A stretch of 64,000 bases of DNA, taken from NCBI RefSeq assembly GCF_009914755.1, contig NC_060947.1, one strand, 5' to 3'. This document shows, in pieces, positions 29,770 through 42,900 of this stretch. The position numbers and the translations under genes were made by a program. The notes beneath the pieces are model-generated. The model saw only the letters and a program-made list of their open reading frames with translations, was not told the origin of the DNA and searched no databases. The first letter of the stretch is position 1; every line of letters starts with the position of its first letter. This stretch comes from the human T2T-CHM13v2.0 reference genome, Homo sapiens.

Positions 29770-30599
29770 CTATTATGTGGATAAAAGACATTAAAGTATT
29801 TTACAATTGTAAATGCTAAGTGCAAGCTGTGTTATATACATGTCAAAACTCCAAACTTATAAGGTAGGAAACTGGGAATTAATTGTTTGAATTGCAACGG
29901 AATTCTCTGCAAGTATTTTAAATGGCAAATGTGGTTTTACAAACTTTATAGATATACATTTCAACCTCTTTCCAGGAGTATATCCCTTTTGCAAAAATAG
30001 GTCCACTTTTACTTGTATTGGCTCATTATTCTTCCTTAACTGCAGAATTTGAACACTAACGCATAGTGTGTACAGCTGAAAGGGATCTTACAGATAAGTT
30101 AGCCTTGTGTTTTGTCAAAGCCTTAGCAGCTGCTGAGAGAATAGAGGGCAAATAAAGCAAAGAGGAAGGGAACGGGAGTTTTGCCAGGAATCTGCCCCCT
30201 TCCCTCGCCATATCTGGAGAAACTTGGCTTTTATCTGTTTTCTATTTAAATTTGTAATTTCTGGGTAAGATTTAATTTGTAAAAACGTTTTCACTGCCTG
30301 CTAGCCCCGCCTCTTCTCTGCCCCTAGAAACGGTTGAAAGCCAACTCCCTTATTTTTCAGATGAGAAACTGGAGCCTAGAGAGGTGAGGCAGTAGTCACT
30401 ATTTGGTCTTGGCTAAAGCATCTTCATGACAGGCTATAAATTGTGTCATATCAATCAGCTGTATTTTGTTTACATGGTCATATATTCAGCAGACACTGAC
30501 TAGAAAAACGTCATTTTTTTTCAACTTTGTGGAGATAGATTGTGCAGGATGAATTTAAAAGAAATGCCACTTTCCCCCAAGGCCAGGCTTATGCAAAAT

Positions 30600-31340
30600 T
30601 GTAATGGAGATAAAGGCTGCTTTTAGTATTCTTTAGTTCTGTCTTTCCCCACCCATCCTTCTTTGTTCCCAGTGTTCTATTTTGGCATCCAACCTGCAGG
30701 AATTCAGTATCCTCAACTACCCAATAAATTTCATCTCCATTTATATTGCTACTGACAATACAAGACTTTACCTGAGCCTTAATGCTCCTGGAAAACAATT
30801 TTGCTTAAGAAATTCCCCAACCTTTTGTTTTCCGAAATTCTCCCACTTTTTTGTGTCCTGGGAAATGGCTTATGCAAAAAAACCGTAACAATGACAACAA
30901 ACAAACAAAAGTCCAAACAAACACATACAAAACACCCTTCCCTAAATGACTTAAGATAAAACTCTCTGTCCCTTCTTTCCCATGATTTCCCTAAGACTCA
31001 CCTATAATTCCACCCCTGAAAAGACCAAACACAGACTTTTCCCCTATTGCCTGAACCCACTGAAAGGCCGTATACAGACCCTCCAATTTCCTATTCTTTG
31101 TCTCATGAATAATTAGTTGAGATTAGAACTGTCTGTTTCCCTGAAACTAGCTAGAAACAAAGATACACATTTCCTGTTCAGCTAACTGATACTTCCCCTG
31201 ATTGCAACACGATCCCACCAGTAAATCATCTCACATGTAACCCATCTACCCCTTCCTAATAAGACCAAGACAAAACCTCCCTATTGCAATAGCCTGAATA
31301 AAATCAATTGTTTTACTTGTTCAGTTTTTCTCTGTGATAC
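30600..31340 (+). mobile_element. Possible old ERV LTR
   Basis: TGTAA start, C-rich interior and a late AATAAA followed by a T-rich tract. Family not recognised. Confidence 0.35.
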
Positions 31341-31695
31341 TTATTGAAAACCTTTTCAGAAATTTATATACTTAGTTTATCCTATACTATTACAATAACA
31401 GGTGAAAAATATAAAACGTGAAACTCGGTACCTTCTCTCCTAGTCCCAGCTCTTTCTATGTGATCTCAACTTTTCTGGACCTAATTTTCTTAATTTCTAA
31501 ATAAGGATATTGGATTTGATAATCTTTAAGATTTTAACATTCTAATTTATTGATAAATTACGTGGGGGTAGTTATTTTTAATTTTATTTATAGACATTAT
31601 ATAACTCAGGTCTAGGAATAAGTCTTTTATTTGTTCATATCCTCTGCTCTGTTTAAAGCAGTTGTTACATAATGTTTACTGGTTAAATAGTTATA

Positions 31696-31994
<299 letters not shown>

Positions 31995-32334
31995 TTATGA
32001 CTAGTTTGTAAGACTCTAATGTAGTGAGGGACTATTTTGGTACAATACTTTCAATTTTATAAATATTTAATACTGACAACTGAGATTTTTCTGGTAGATT
32101 ACAGTATGTGGTTGTGACTTATATCTGCTTATTGAAATTCTAGAGTGTTCGTAAATTTTTTAGCATACTAAATGTCTATAATCAAATACTCTTTTTCTTT
32201 CATTTGGATAACTAAGTGGTGAGAAAATTCTGTTTTCTCATGAGAAGCAGATATATAATATATATATATAACAACTGTTAATGGGAAACCAATTCCAGTA
32301 GAATTTGATGTTTCTTTAAAAAGTGCCATTCATC

Positions 32335-33242
32335 GCCATTCTAACTGGTGTGAGATGGTATCTCACTGTGGTTTTGATTTGCATTTCTCTGATGGCCAGT
32401 GATGATGAGCATTTTTTCATGTGTCTGTTGGCTGCATAAATGTCTTCTTTTGAGAAGTGTCTGTTCATATCCTTCACCTACTTTTTGATGGGGTTGTTTG
32501 TTTTTTTCTTGTAAATTTGTTTCAGTTCTTTGTAGATTCTGGATATTAGCCCTTTAGAATGGCGATCATTAAAAAGTCAGGAAACAACAGGTGCTGGAGA
32601 GGATGTAGAGAAATAGAAACACTTTTACACTGTTGGTGGGACTGTAAACTAGTTCAACCATTGTGGAAGACAGTGTGGCGATTCCTCAAGGATCTAGAAC
32701 TAGAAATACCATTTGACCCAGCCATCCCATTACTGGGTATATACCCAAAGGATTATAAATCATGCTGCTATAAAGACACATGCACACGTATGTTTACTGC
32801 GGCACTATTCACAATAGCGAAGACTTGGAACCAACCCAAATGTCCATCAATGATAGACTGGATTAAGAAAATGTGGCACATATACACCATGAAATACTAT
32901 GCAGCCATAAAAAAGGATAAGTTCATGTCCTTTGTAGGGACATGGATGAAGCGGGAAACCGTCATTCTCAGCAAACTAACACAAGGACAAAAAACCGAAC
33001 ACCGCATGTTCTCACTCATAGGTGGGAATTGAACAATGAGAACACATGGACACAGGAAGGGGAACATCACACTCTGGGGACTGTTGTGGGGTGGGGGGAG
33101 TGGGGAGGGATAGCATTAGGAGATATACCTAATGTTAAATGACGAGTTAATGGGTGCAGCACAACAACATGGCACATGTATACATATGTAACAAACCCGC
33201 ACGTTGTGCACATGTACCCTAGAACTTAAAGTATAATAAAAG
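32335..33242 (+). mobile_element. 5'-truncated, 5'-inverted L1PA (about L1PA3-5)
   Basis: 32335 to about 32555 is antisense L1. About 32554-33242 is sense ORF2 C-terminus (ORF 32559-33032, ..CWRGC....[17 protein letters not shown]) plus 3' UTR. 15-bp TSD aaagtgccattcatc at 32320-32334 and 33243-33257. Confidence 0.95.
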
Positions 33243-33489
33243 AAAGTGCCATTCATCATTATCTGATGATGATAGTGGTAACAGTTTAAAAATAATAGGT
33301 TTTAGATTGGTGAGTAGAGACCAAACTTTAAAGAGAGAAAACACTTCGATCTCAAGAAGGTCATCATTCACTGCAAAGTTCATAGTGGTTTGAAAGCAGG
33401 TTCTATAGCACCTAACGGAATGTCAATGAAGTTCAAAAACCTCAAGGTGATTTTCCAATCTTTTGGTCCGATAATAACTGCTGCTAAAT

Positions 33490-33722
33490 TAAGCAATGTG
33501 TCAGACACTGTGCTATATGCTTTATATCAATTGTTTAATTAACTCCTTACTATGACCATATGAGACAGGTACTATTATTATCACCCTTATTTTACAGATG
33601 AGGGCACTGGCTGGGCGAGGTTGTGTCAATTACTTGAGGTTGGAGAGATAATGATGGTACAGTTAGTATTTAAAGCCAGGTCTCTCTGACTCCAGAATCC
33701 AGGCTTTTAACCACAGTGCTAT
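33490..33722 (-). mobile_element. MIR
   Basis: tactattattatc..attttacagatgagggcactg. Confidence 0.75.
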
Positions 33723-36070
33723 AATGCCCAATCTTCTAGGAGAGTAGAGAAAACAATTTAGGAAGAATGGTCTGGTTGTCAGTTTCATATTTTAGTGCAT
33801 ACAGTATCAGGACAAGCTTCTAGAGCTGTATTTATGGGATGTGTCTTATGTAGAAAATCATAAAAGGATACAACTGAACATTTGAAAATATCCTTCTACT
33901 GTATTATATCTTCTGCAAGGTTTGGATTAGTATACATATGGCATTAAAAAAAAAAGGAGCTATGTTTTTACTTGGTAAGTAATATGCAGTAAAGACCTAA
34001 TACAGCAAAACCATGATGTGCAGTTATAGTTAAGGTTTTGTTCAGGCTTCCAGAAAAAGTCAGGATAAGCTAGCAACTTGGTATATGAGGCATCAACCCA
34101 TAATGATTTTTCTTAATAAAGTATTTAATTGAAGTCGGTTTGCTCTGTTTGTTGTTATAATTGAGCAGAAACTTAAATCATTTTTCATTTATGAGACTTG
34201 TCACAACACATTAAAAATAGAGGTGAGTAGAATTTCTCTAAAATCTATCACGAATAGACTCTGGGACTTTGCTTTCATTGTGTAAAAAGTTTTTTGTGGT
34301 CTTCACAGATATTCCATATGAGGATTTTAGTACAGTGTAGAAGTTAAGAGACTGGACTCTGGAATCAGACCACCACTTACTAGCTCTGTGACACTGGGCA
34401 AGTTACTTAACCTCTCTGTGCCTCTGTTTCTCATTTGGACAATGGGGACCATAATGTGACCTTCATGATATAATCCATGTAAAGTTTCTGGAACAATTCT
34501 TGACACGTGGTAATTTTAATTTAATTTTAGCCATCATCATCAACTTACTTTATGGAAAGGAATCAAAAGAGGTCTGAATTAGAATATAAAATCAAATATA
34601 CTATAATGACAACTATGTGATGACCTGCTGTCTTGCATGTTTCATTTTCCTCAGACAGATAAATTCTGATTTTTAGTGTGAATGGCAAGAAACCCTAGGC
34701 AGATAATACCAAATGATAGCTCTTGTACTTTCAGATATAAGGGGATAAAACAGCAGAAGAGAAGGTAAGGGAGAAAAAGCAGGTAAGGGAGATAAGGAAG
34801 AAAAATCTGAGCAGTGAGTGTGGCAGACTTTCTTATCTGCCACCTCTGACCCCTCTACTCTCCTCAGCCACTCTCAGGAGTAACAGTGAAACTGCTGGGA
34901 AAGGTCACTCCAGGCTAGAAACAAGTATTTTGAAATGAGAACATACAGCAAACTGCATCATGAATTGAAAACTAGAGCAAACCATAATATTTTCCTGAAC
35001 CCTAAGCATTAATTTTTACTGAAGCATGGATTACAGTTACCTTTTCAAAAGCACACAAAAACAAGAGGAAACAAAACCCACAAACAACCCCCCCGCCACC
35101 ACGAAAGGAATTAAAAACACAAGGGAAGAGTAGTAACCCAAATAACTACTGTATTAAAAAATGATGTCTTAGTTGCAACTAATGAACCAAAATAAGACTG
35201 TGTTACCACCTGTATAAAATTGTAAGCTTCTTGGAGGTAAGGTTTTGGTCATTCATTCATTTATTTACGTTTGGTCTCCAAAAATTACTCAGGATATTGC
35301 TGGCTATATATATTATTCTCAATTTCTACCGTTTAAATTGACTTCCTGGAATTTTACAAGGCTCAAGTCCCTCTGTACTGAATCCTATTTCAATAAAAAT
35401 ATAAATTTCCAGCTATTTTCACTGCTTGTATATTAAGACTAAGATCATTCAGTGTGAATAAGATGTTGGGAGTGCTGGTACTGTGACATTTATTATAAAT
35501 AAGTCAGGTAGTTCAAGCTCATGTTGGTTAAACTTAACAGTTCAGGACTCAAAGTGATTTTTTTTTTCTTTCTCCCAACTAGGAAGAATTCATGTTCCCA
35601 AACTAGAAAAAAATCATGTTATCCAACTTTGACATAAACATTCACCTTTACATTAAGCAGAAAAAGCTTTTTCGTATTACAAACAGAAGAAATTTCCATA
35701 TACCCTTTGTAAAATGTTATATATAAATGCTGGGCTTGGACACAGAGAATGTAATCAAAATCCCACGTTGCTTCAGGGTAGTTATATGCGAAATGCAATT
35801 TCCATTGTATTGAAGCCTCCATTCTGTAAATATTTATCTATTTTCAAAATTGCCAACATATTTGAAAACTTTAATTGGTTTATACTCAAGGCACTGGAAA
35901 CAAGGAAAATTTGCTTTCACAAGATATTTACATGCATTTATTCTGTCCACGTAGAGGACTTCTTTCAAGTGATCATGAAATTTAATGTGAAGTGAAACCA
36001 TCCCAGCTACAGTTCTAATGACCAAATTAGAAGAAAAGTAATCAACAATCAATCATTTTGATCACTGTAC

Positions 36071-36223
36071 CTTTTTTCTCTGATTTATCAGAAACTTTTC
36101 CTCCAATTGGAGAGTAAGTAGTGTCCATGGACTCGGTCCCCCTGTTCCCTTTGCTAACTCCATTTGCATACAGCTCTCCTTCAACTGGTTGCAACTGCCA
36201 AGTCAGGCCGAACAAATGCACTG
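36071..36223 (-). CDS. TENM1: TENM1 internal coding exon, 153 nt, phase 1-1; end of the transmembrane helix and juxtamembrane stalk
   Basis: Encodes (A)VHLFGLTWQLQPVEGELYANGVSKGNRGTESMDTTYSPIGGKVSDKSEKK, recognised as teneurin-1. Acceptor ttctcttgcag|CAGTG, donor AAG|gtacag. Joins the next exon in frame (G+TG=Val). Confidence 0.96.
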
Positions 36224-39200
36224 CTGCAAGAGAACAAGCCATACATTAATTTATTCCAGACTCACTGAGAACATCTCCAAGCCAGGTATCCCTTTGCACC
36301 TAAAAATGTTACGAACAGTTTTCTTTTAGTTAGGCCAAGTAACTGGGAGTTTATACCTATACATCATACATGTAGCTACTTACATGCTACGACACACATA
36401 TAAGTGTTAACAGCTGTTAAAGTAGCTGTTGTTAACATTTTGAGGCTAAAGCTATCCCAATGATAGGATTAGAAATTGGAATCAACTATAGTACAATTAG
36501 ACTTAACTTCTCACTGCTGTGACCCTTTCCTTTTCCATTCCCCTTAGTCATGTAACACTAGTTTCCATATGGAAACTATTACAGAGTAATGGTGGACAGA
36601 CTACCATGAGAACATGGAAGACCTTCTCTATGGCTTTAATTCAATTCAGTTCAGCAAATATTTCCTGAACGCCTAGTATGAATAAAGCCCTATGATAGTT
36701 GCTGCCGGTGTTAAAATGTAGATGCTTATTAGGGTGGGATTTGGTAGTAATACCAGGATAAAATAATATTATGCAGAATGATTGACATAAGACAGGTTTA
36801 AACTGCTATCAGAAGATTAAAAAGTACCCAGTGTTGGTCACTGTGCAGGAAGATGGGCACTCTCATACACTCCTGATGAGAGTATAAAAATACAGTGACC
36901 TTTTTTGGAGGGCAATGTGGCACCATTTATTAAATGAACTTAAAATCTGATTTACCCTTTGAGCTAACAATTTAATTTCTGTGAATTAACTATGAATGTT
37001 GCCAAAGTACAATGCTGTCTATTGTAACATCTGAAAACAATATTAGAAAGTTATGATCAATCTAAATATTCATCAAGAGGGGATTAATCAAATAACTGAT
37101 GAGATAGTAAATAATACAAGATTATGCGGCTGCTAAAAATCATGTTGCAGAAGACCATGCAATGGCATGGGAAATATTCATAAGGTATCAAATGAAAAAC
37201 ATTAGGCTACTAAACATTATAAATAGTGTGATCTGAAGTGTGTGTGTTTGTGTATGTGTGCACATGTTCATGTCTGGAGAAAAAAAGGTTTGGAAGAATA
37301 TATAGCAACATGTTAACAGCATGGGAAGCTTACAGAGAATTTTTATTTTTTTTATGATTTCTGTGTTTTCCATATTTTTTTTACAATGAACATGTGTAAC
37401 ATTTGCCATCTGTGAAAAAGAAAGCTTTCGGTTTAAAGGAACAGGAGGTTAAAATAGGTTGGGCTGATCAAGAATAATTTTTGAAGGAAGTGGGAGTAGA
37501 TATAGACCTTGAAGGATGTGTAGGGCTTTGACAGGTGACAACGATTGGTGGGGAGAAGGGACAGGGCTGAACAAAATATGACTTTGTAAAGTACATGATG
37601 TATCTGAGGCAAAAGAAGTTGCTGGGGTTCACTGGAGCTTAGCTATGTGCTGGTGCCAGTGGAAGTTAACGCCAGAAAGGAAGATTAGAGCCATATTGTG
37701 GAGCACACTGGTGCCACACTTATACATTTGGATTCAACTTATTAGGCAACGCAGAGGCATTTCTATTTTTTGACAGGTTGAGTGATATGATCAGAATTTT
37801 TCGGATGATTAATTTGAGAGTGGGGAGCACTGAAGGTTTTTAGGCAAATAACTGATATAATAAAAACATCCTTTGCAGAAAGATAAATCCAGTAGTAGTA
37901 TGGAGAAGAATGAATTGGAGACCTAAAGGTTTGGCAAATAAATCAATTGGGATGGCATTGCAATAATTTAGGAAAGAAGTAATTAGTGCCCCAATTAGAG
38001 TAGTGTCACAGGAGTGTCTCAGTTATTTGCAGTGGGAATGCAAAGAAGGAGATTTCTTAAGGAGAAATTGCATAAATGGCATTTCAGGATTTGGCAAGAA
38101 GTTTCTTTCTCTCTCTCTCTCCCTCTCTCTCGCTTTCTCTGTCTCTGTGTGTGTTTGTATACACATTCATGCATGTGTATAGGTGTGCTGTGGGAGGGCG
38201 TAGAAAAAAGTGAGAGAAAGGAGGGAGGAATCCAAAATGGTTAAGGTTTTGAGTCTAACTGAAACAATGGTGGAACCATTAATAGAGTTAGAGAATTCTT
38301 TATTAGTCTAGCACTTGCTACAAATAGTTGGTACTGGATTTGTGTTTTGTTGATTGATGACTATTTGAATATGTGGCTTGAGACAGGATGAGAAGATGCA
38401 AGGAATGCAATGAATTCAGCCTTTGGGGTTGTTGGGTGTCTGGGACTGATGGGCCCTCCAGATAGTGAATGCTAACTATAGGAGGTTTGAAGTTCTGGAG
38501 GATATTAGAGCTAGAAAAAGAATGAAAAGTCATATATGCACAGAGGCAATAGTTGAAGTTGTGAGAGTGAATGAAGTCACTGAAGGGAGAGAATGTTAGG
38601 AGAAAACAGTTCCTAGGGCAAAAAGCTGGAGAAACCTCTTGTTTGTTTTCTCATTGCATTTTTCAACATCAACCAAATCCTATCAAAAGGCAAAAAAAAA
38701 AAAAAAAAAAAAAAAAAGTGAATCTGCTCATAAGCCATTTCGTATTTCTCTTTGTGTTCCTAGGTGAACTGAAAGGGGCTAATTAGTATGTGTAACACTC
38801 ATGTATAGTATTTGAGTTAGTGACCGAGAACAGAGAAGGATAGCCTATTTAAAAATCATTCATCCACTTTTAGTTGGAGCTAAAGAGATTTCTAACACCT
38901 ACTTCCTAATTTATCCTTAAAACTTTTAAGCATTTAACTGGTTTCTACCCTTTTCTTTGGATTAAGGCCAGTGCTGCCTGATGAATTTCTCTTGCAATTA
39001 TTGGAAATAATTTTAACTCAAAGGATAGTGGTTCTGAGTAAGGTATGGTATGGCACATTAATAAAGCTATATTAGTGACATCCTTGAGATTTCCTTGCCA
39101 ATGGACTCTAGTTTAACACACCTGTTCCAATTAGAGGTATTTTTCCGTTTTACAGAAAATTTGGTCTACTCTGCCTCCCAAATAATTTGAATATGATGGA

Positions 39201-39939
39201 TAGTAGGAGCTATATTGAAAATGTGTTTCATTCCCTGGGTTCAATTACTTCTGTGAAATTAGATGGACCATATATAACAAAAGGAATAGTAGATCTCATT
39301 TAGAAGACTAAGGGGGCTATTTTATATACTTTAAGTTGAGCCACTTTCCTGGCGGCACTTGAAAATGCGAGAAAATGCATGTGGTGAGATTCACTTCAAA
39401 ATATATAAGGTAAGGATTAATTTTTCACCATCGAATGAAATGGACTGCTTCCAGCCAATCAAGACAGATAAAGAGGTATGGGCACATTTAGTAGAACACT
39501 CTTTGAGAGCAGTGAAGCTTTGTAATTTTTTGAACTTACTATATCTTTCCCAGGGAACAAGCTGTTTGTAATATATGTTTGTGTGAATATATAATGAAAG
39601 TTAATTATTTGCTACAGACCACAGACAGGTATCATGGCAAGGCTACTGGCCTTTTATTTCTTCCAAACATAGGTACTGGCCAACCAAAATGGCTATCAGA
39701 TATAAACAACTAATACAGTCTAACCAGTGTGTACACACTGGCTGAATGTCAGCTTTAGATGCAGTATAAAGACAGCTTCCTTAGTTTCTAGTGGATTCCC
39801 ATCCAGATTTATGCTATGTGTTTAGAGCCACACTGTTTAGGTGAGTCCCCCAAACCCAAGAATAGACATTATGAGCCAATTGGCTAGAATAAGGGTAAAA
39901 TTAGTAATGAACAAACAGGGCAATATTAAGTCATATTCA

Positions 39940-40420
39940 CATGTTGATTCAACAAATACTTTTTTGAGTGCTTACTTTAAACCAGGCACTGTTTTTTTTT
40001 TTTTTTCTGAGTTTACAGCAGCAAAAACATAAAAAAACCTCTACCCTCCCAGAACTTACATGAGAGGGTAGTGGGTTAAGACAGGCAAATAAAAAATACA
40101 CGATATAAAATATAAGATAGAATACAACGTTAAGGGAACAAACCAAAAAACAAAAAACAACAAATAAACAAGATAACGTTGGGTAGTTATAAGTGCTATG
40201 AAGGTAAAAATAGGTAAGGGTGGTCAGAGAAGGCCTCTTGGAGGAGGTAACATTTGAACCAAGATTAGAATGAAGTGAAGCCATTGTGAATATCTAGTGG
40301 AAGAATCTTCCAGGCAGACAAAACAGAATTTATAGAAAGCCCTGAAGTCTTACATGAAGTGTGTGAGAAATACTAAGGAGCCCAGTGTGAGCTCAGTCAG
40401 AAAGGCAAAGAGTGGTAGGA
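39940..40420 (-). mobile_element. L2 3' end
   Basis: attcaacaaatactttttgagtgcttact...gaggaggtaacatttgaacc. Confidence 0.7.
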
Positions 40421-40642
40421 ACACTCATACACATAAGTCCTGGACCCATAATCTTGTTACCTCAGTACGCTAGCCAACTTTGCAAGCTGGTCACCAACAA
40501 ATAAGAATTAGAAAGTAATAAACCTAAAATCTCACATACCAGAATATATACCTCCAAATGAGCACTGCTGGTTGAAGTAGATGTAATATAAGCACTCTTG
40601 ACTGTAAGCAAGGTCAAAGTTACTGTTCCCTAAGACATATAT

Positions 40643-40645
<3 letters not shown>

Positions 40646-40698
<53 letters not shown>
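40646..40698. repeat. Pure (TA)n microsatellite, about 26 units
   Basis: Directly visible. Confidence 0.95.
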
Positions 40699-40699
<1 letters not shown>

Positions 40700-41321
40700 T
40701 CAATGAATGGAGATGGATGCTACCCAGATCTCTGAGGGAGTACCCATCCTGTTATTTGCATTTCACTGAAATTCAATGGTTGGACAGAATGTTTATGTCT
40801 ACTCAAATATTCCAGGAATGGTGTATTTTCAGCAGATTAAAAATGGCAGTCCCTAATGCTCTTTTAGCAAATGTTCCCTGATGCTGAGCCCTGTACATTT
40901 TACAATTATTCTCCTTCCTTTTCTATCCAATTGCAAAGAGCTGTGCTCTAAAATTATAAATTCATTACAAAGTTCAGGTAATGAATGGATTGTCTTGGCT
41001 CTCCTCAATTCCAAATTCAATCAAGCACCTTGGAACTCAAGGTAGGCTGACCCCATGTACAGAAGCTCTTCCTCTTCTTAACGTACACATTTCTGTAGCA
41101 ACCTCCAAGTCTCTCTGCAGTTTTCTTTCTGCGTACTGTTAGAATGTTGGACTATGTTTCTCATAAATAAGACTGGTGGTCTCTAGCAACATTTATAATC
41201 AATAATCCTTTCCCATCCCACTCTCTTTCAAGAGGCACTCATTGACTCAAAAAAAAAAAAAAAAAAATCCCACAGGAATGCGTCAGAAGTAAATGTGGGA
41301 AATACATGCTGAATAACTTAG

Positions 41322-41600
41322 GCCTATGCTATCCAATATGGTAGCCACTCATCACATGTGTCTGTTGCACACTTGAAGTGTGGCTAGTCAGAGTTGAAGA
41401 CTTGATATAAAAGAAAAAATATAAAAGATCACATTAATATTTTTATATTATTTACACATTGAAATGATAATATTTTGGATATATCAGGTTAAATAAAATA
41501 TTTATTTAAATTAATTTCACCTGTTTCTTACTTTTTTAATATGGCTACTCTAAAACTTTAAATTACATACATGGTTCACAATTATTTCTGTTGAGCAGTG
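41322..41600. mobile_element. MER3/MER33-like hAT-Charlie element
   Basis: tccaatatggtagccact..cacatgtg...ttgaagtgtggctagt...aaattacatacatggttcac. Confidence 0.7.
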
Positions 41601-41799
41601 ATGATCTTGGACTACCTACATTTCACAAAGAGATATGATGTTTCTCTTTTAGCACCCTATCATAGAATCTACCATACTATATTAAAGATATCTGTTTACA
41701 TGTCTGTCTCATCATTATTAAGCACTCCAAAGGCAGGAACAATGCCTTCTGCATTTTTCTGTTTCTGGTACCTAACTCTGTGATTGGTAGTCAGGAAGT

Positions 41800-42900
41800 A
41801 CTCTTCATTGCTGATAGGAGTGTACAGTGGTAAAGTGGCTTTGGAAGACAATGTTGATATCTATCACTATTTAAATTGAGAATATTCCTTGACCAAGGAA
41901 TTCTACTTCTAGGAGTCTGTACTAAAGAAATAATCACATGTGGGGCATAAAGGGGCATGTGCAAGGAAATTCGCCATTGCATTGTTAATATATTGACTTT
42001 ATTAATGTAGTTAAAAATTAGAACAACCAATATACCCATCTATGGAAGAGTGGTACACGCTTACTATGAAATCCTTTATAAGAATTAAAAGGACTGATAC
42101 TGAGAAATTATCAGATTGAAGGAAACTAAGGAGACATGATGACTAAATACAATATGGGGATCTAGAAAGAATCCTGTAACAGAAAAGACTGTGGAAAAAC
42201 TGGAGAACTCTGAATTAAACTCTAAGTTTAGTTAATAGCCTCATACCAATGTTAATGTCTTAGTTTTAGTAATTGTACTATGTGCAAGATGCTAATATTG
42301 GGAGAAGCTCAGTGACAGGAATACAGTGATTCTGTGCTATATTTGTAACTTTTCTGTAAGTCTAAAATTATTTCAAAATAAAAAGCCAAAAAGAGAGAGA
42401 AAAAGGACTGATCAAGTGATATGCTGGAGCTGGCTTATACTGGTTTACAAAAGCCAACTGTGCACATCTCTTCCCAATTCCACCTCCAATGACTTTATAT
42501 TGGCAGTTGAAATTGACCATGGCAGGTGTATTTACATCCTGGGAATTAGGAAATGTGGCAGATCAGGCTTTTTGGGCCAGAGAGCTTGTTAAACATTTAT
42601 CAACACATCACTGGATGATCTGTATGTACTGAAATGAAACAAGCTCTAAGATTTTATGAAAAATATTGTAGAACAATGCATATTCTACGATCTGGTTTTA
42701 GTAGAAAATATGTATTTATATATATTTACATTTTTTAAATGCATAGAAAGAGACCTGAAAAATGAATACCAAACTATTGATGTTTAGAGTAGGGAGCTGT
42801 GAAAACCAAAAGGATACTTTGACATTTTCATAGTATTGTTAGAATCTTTTACAATGATAATGTATTCATGTATTATTATATAATTTTAAAATACCAGGTG
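41800..42900 (+). mobile_element. Old L1M (L1ME/L1MC-like) 3' fragments
   Basis: gaattctacttctaggagtctgt...taacttttctgtaagtctaaaattatttcaaaataaaaa. Confidence 0.6.
42414..42613. mobile_element. MER63-like hAT element
   Basis: Inverted ends agtgatatgctgg / tcaacacatcact, with internal sequence resembling MER63. Confidence 0.6.

Noticed and set aside
32559-33032. 157-aa ORF as a gene
   Set aside because: It is the C-terminus of L1 ORF2 in a truncated, promoterless element.
36407-36420. Perfect 14-bp palindrome ttaacagctgttaa containing an E-box
   Set aside because: A few palindromes of this length are expected by chance in 64 kb.
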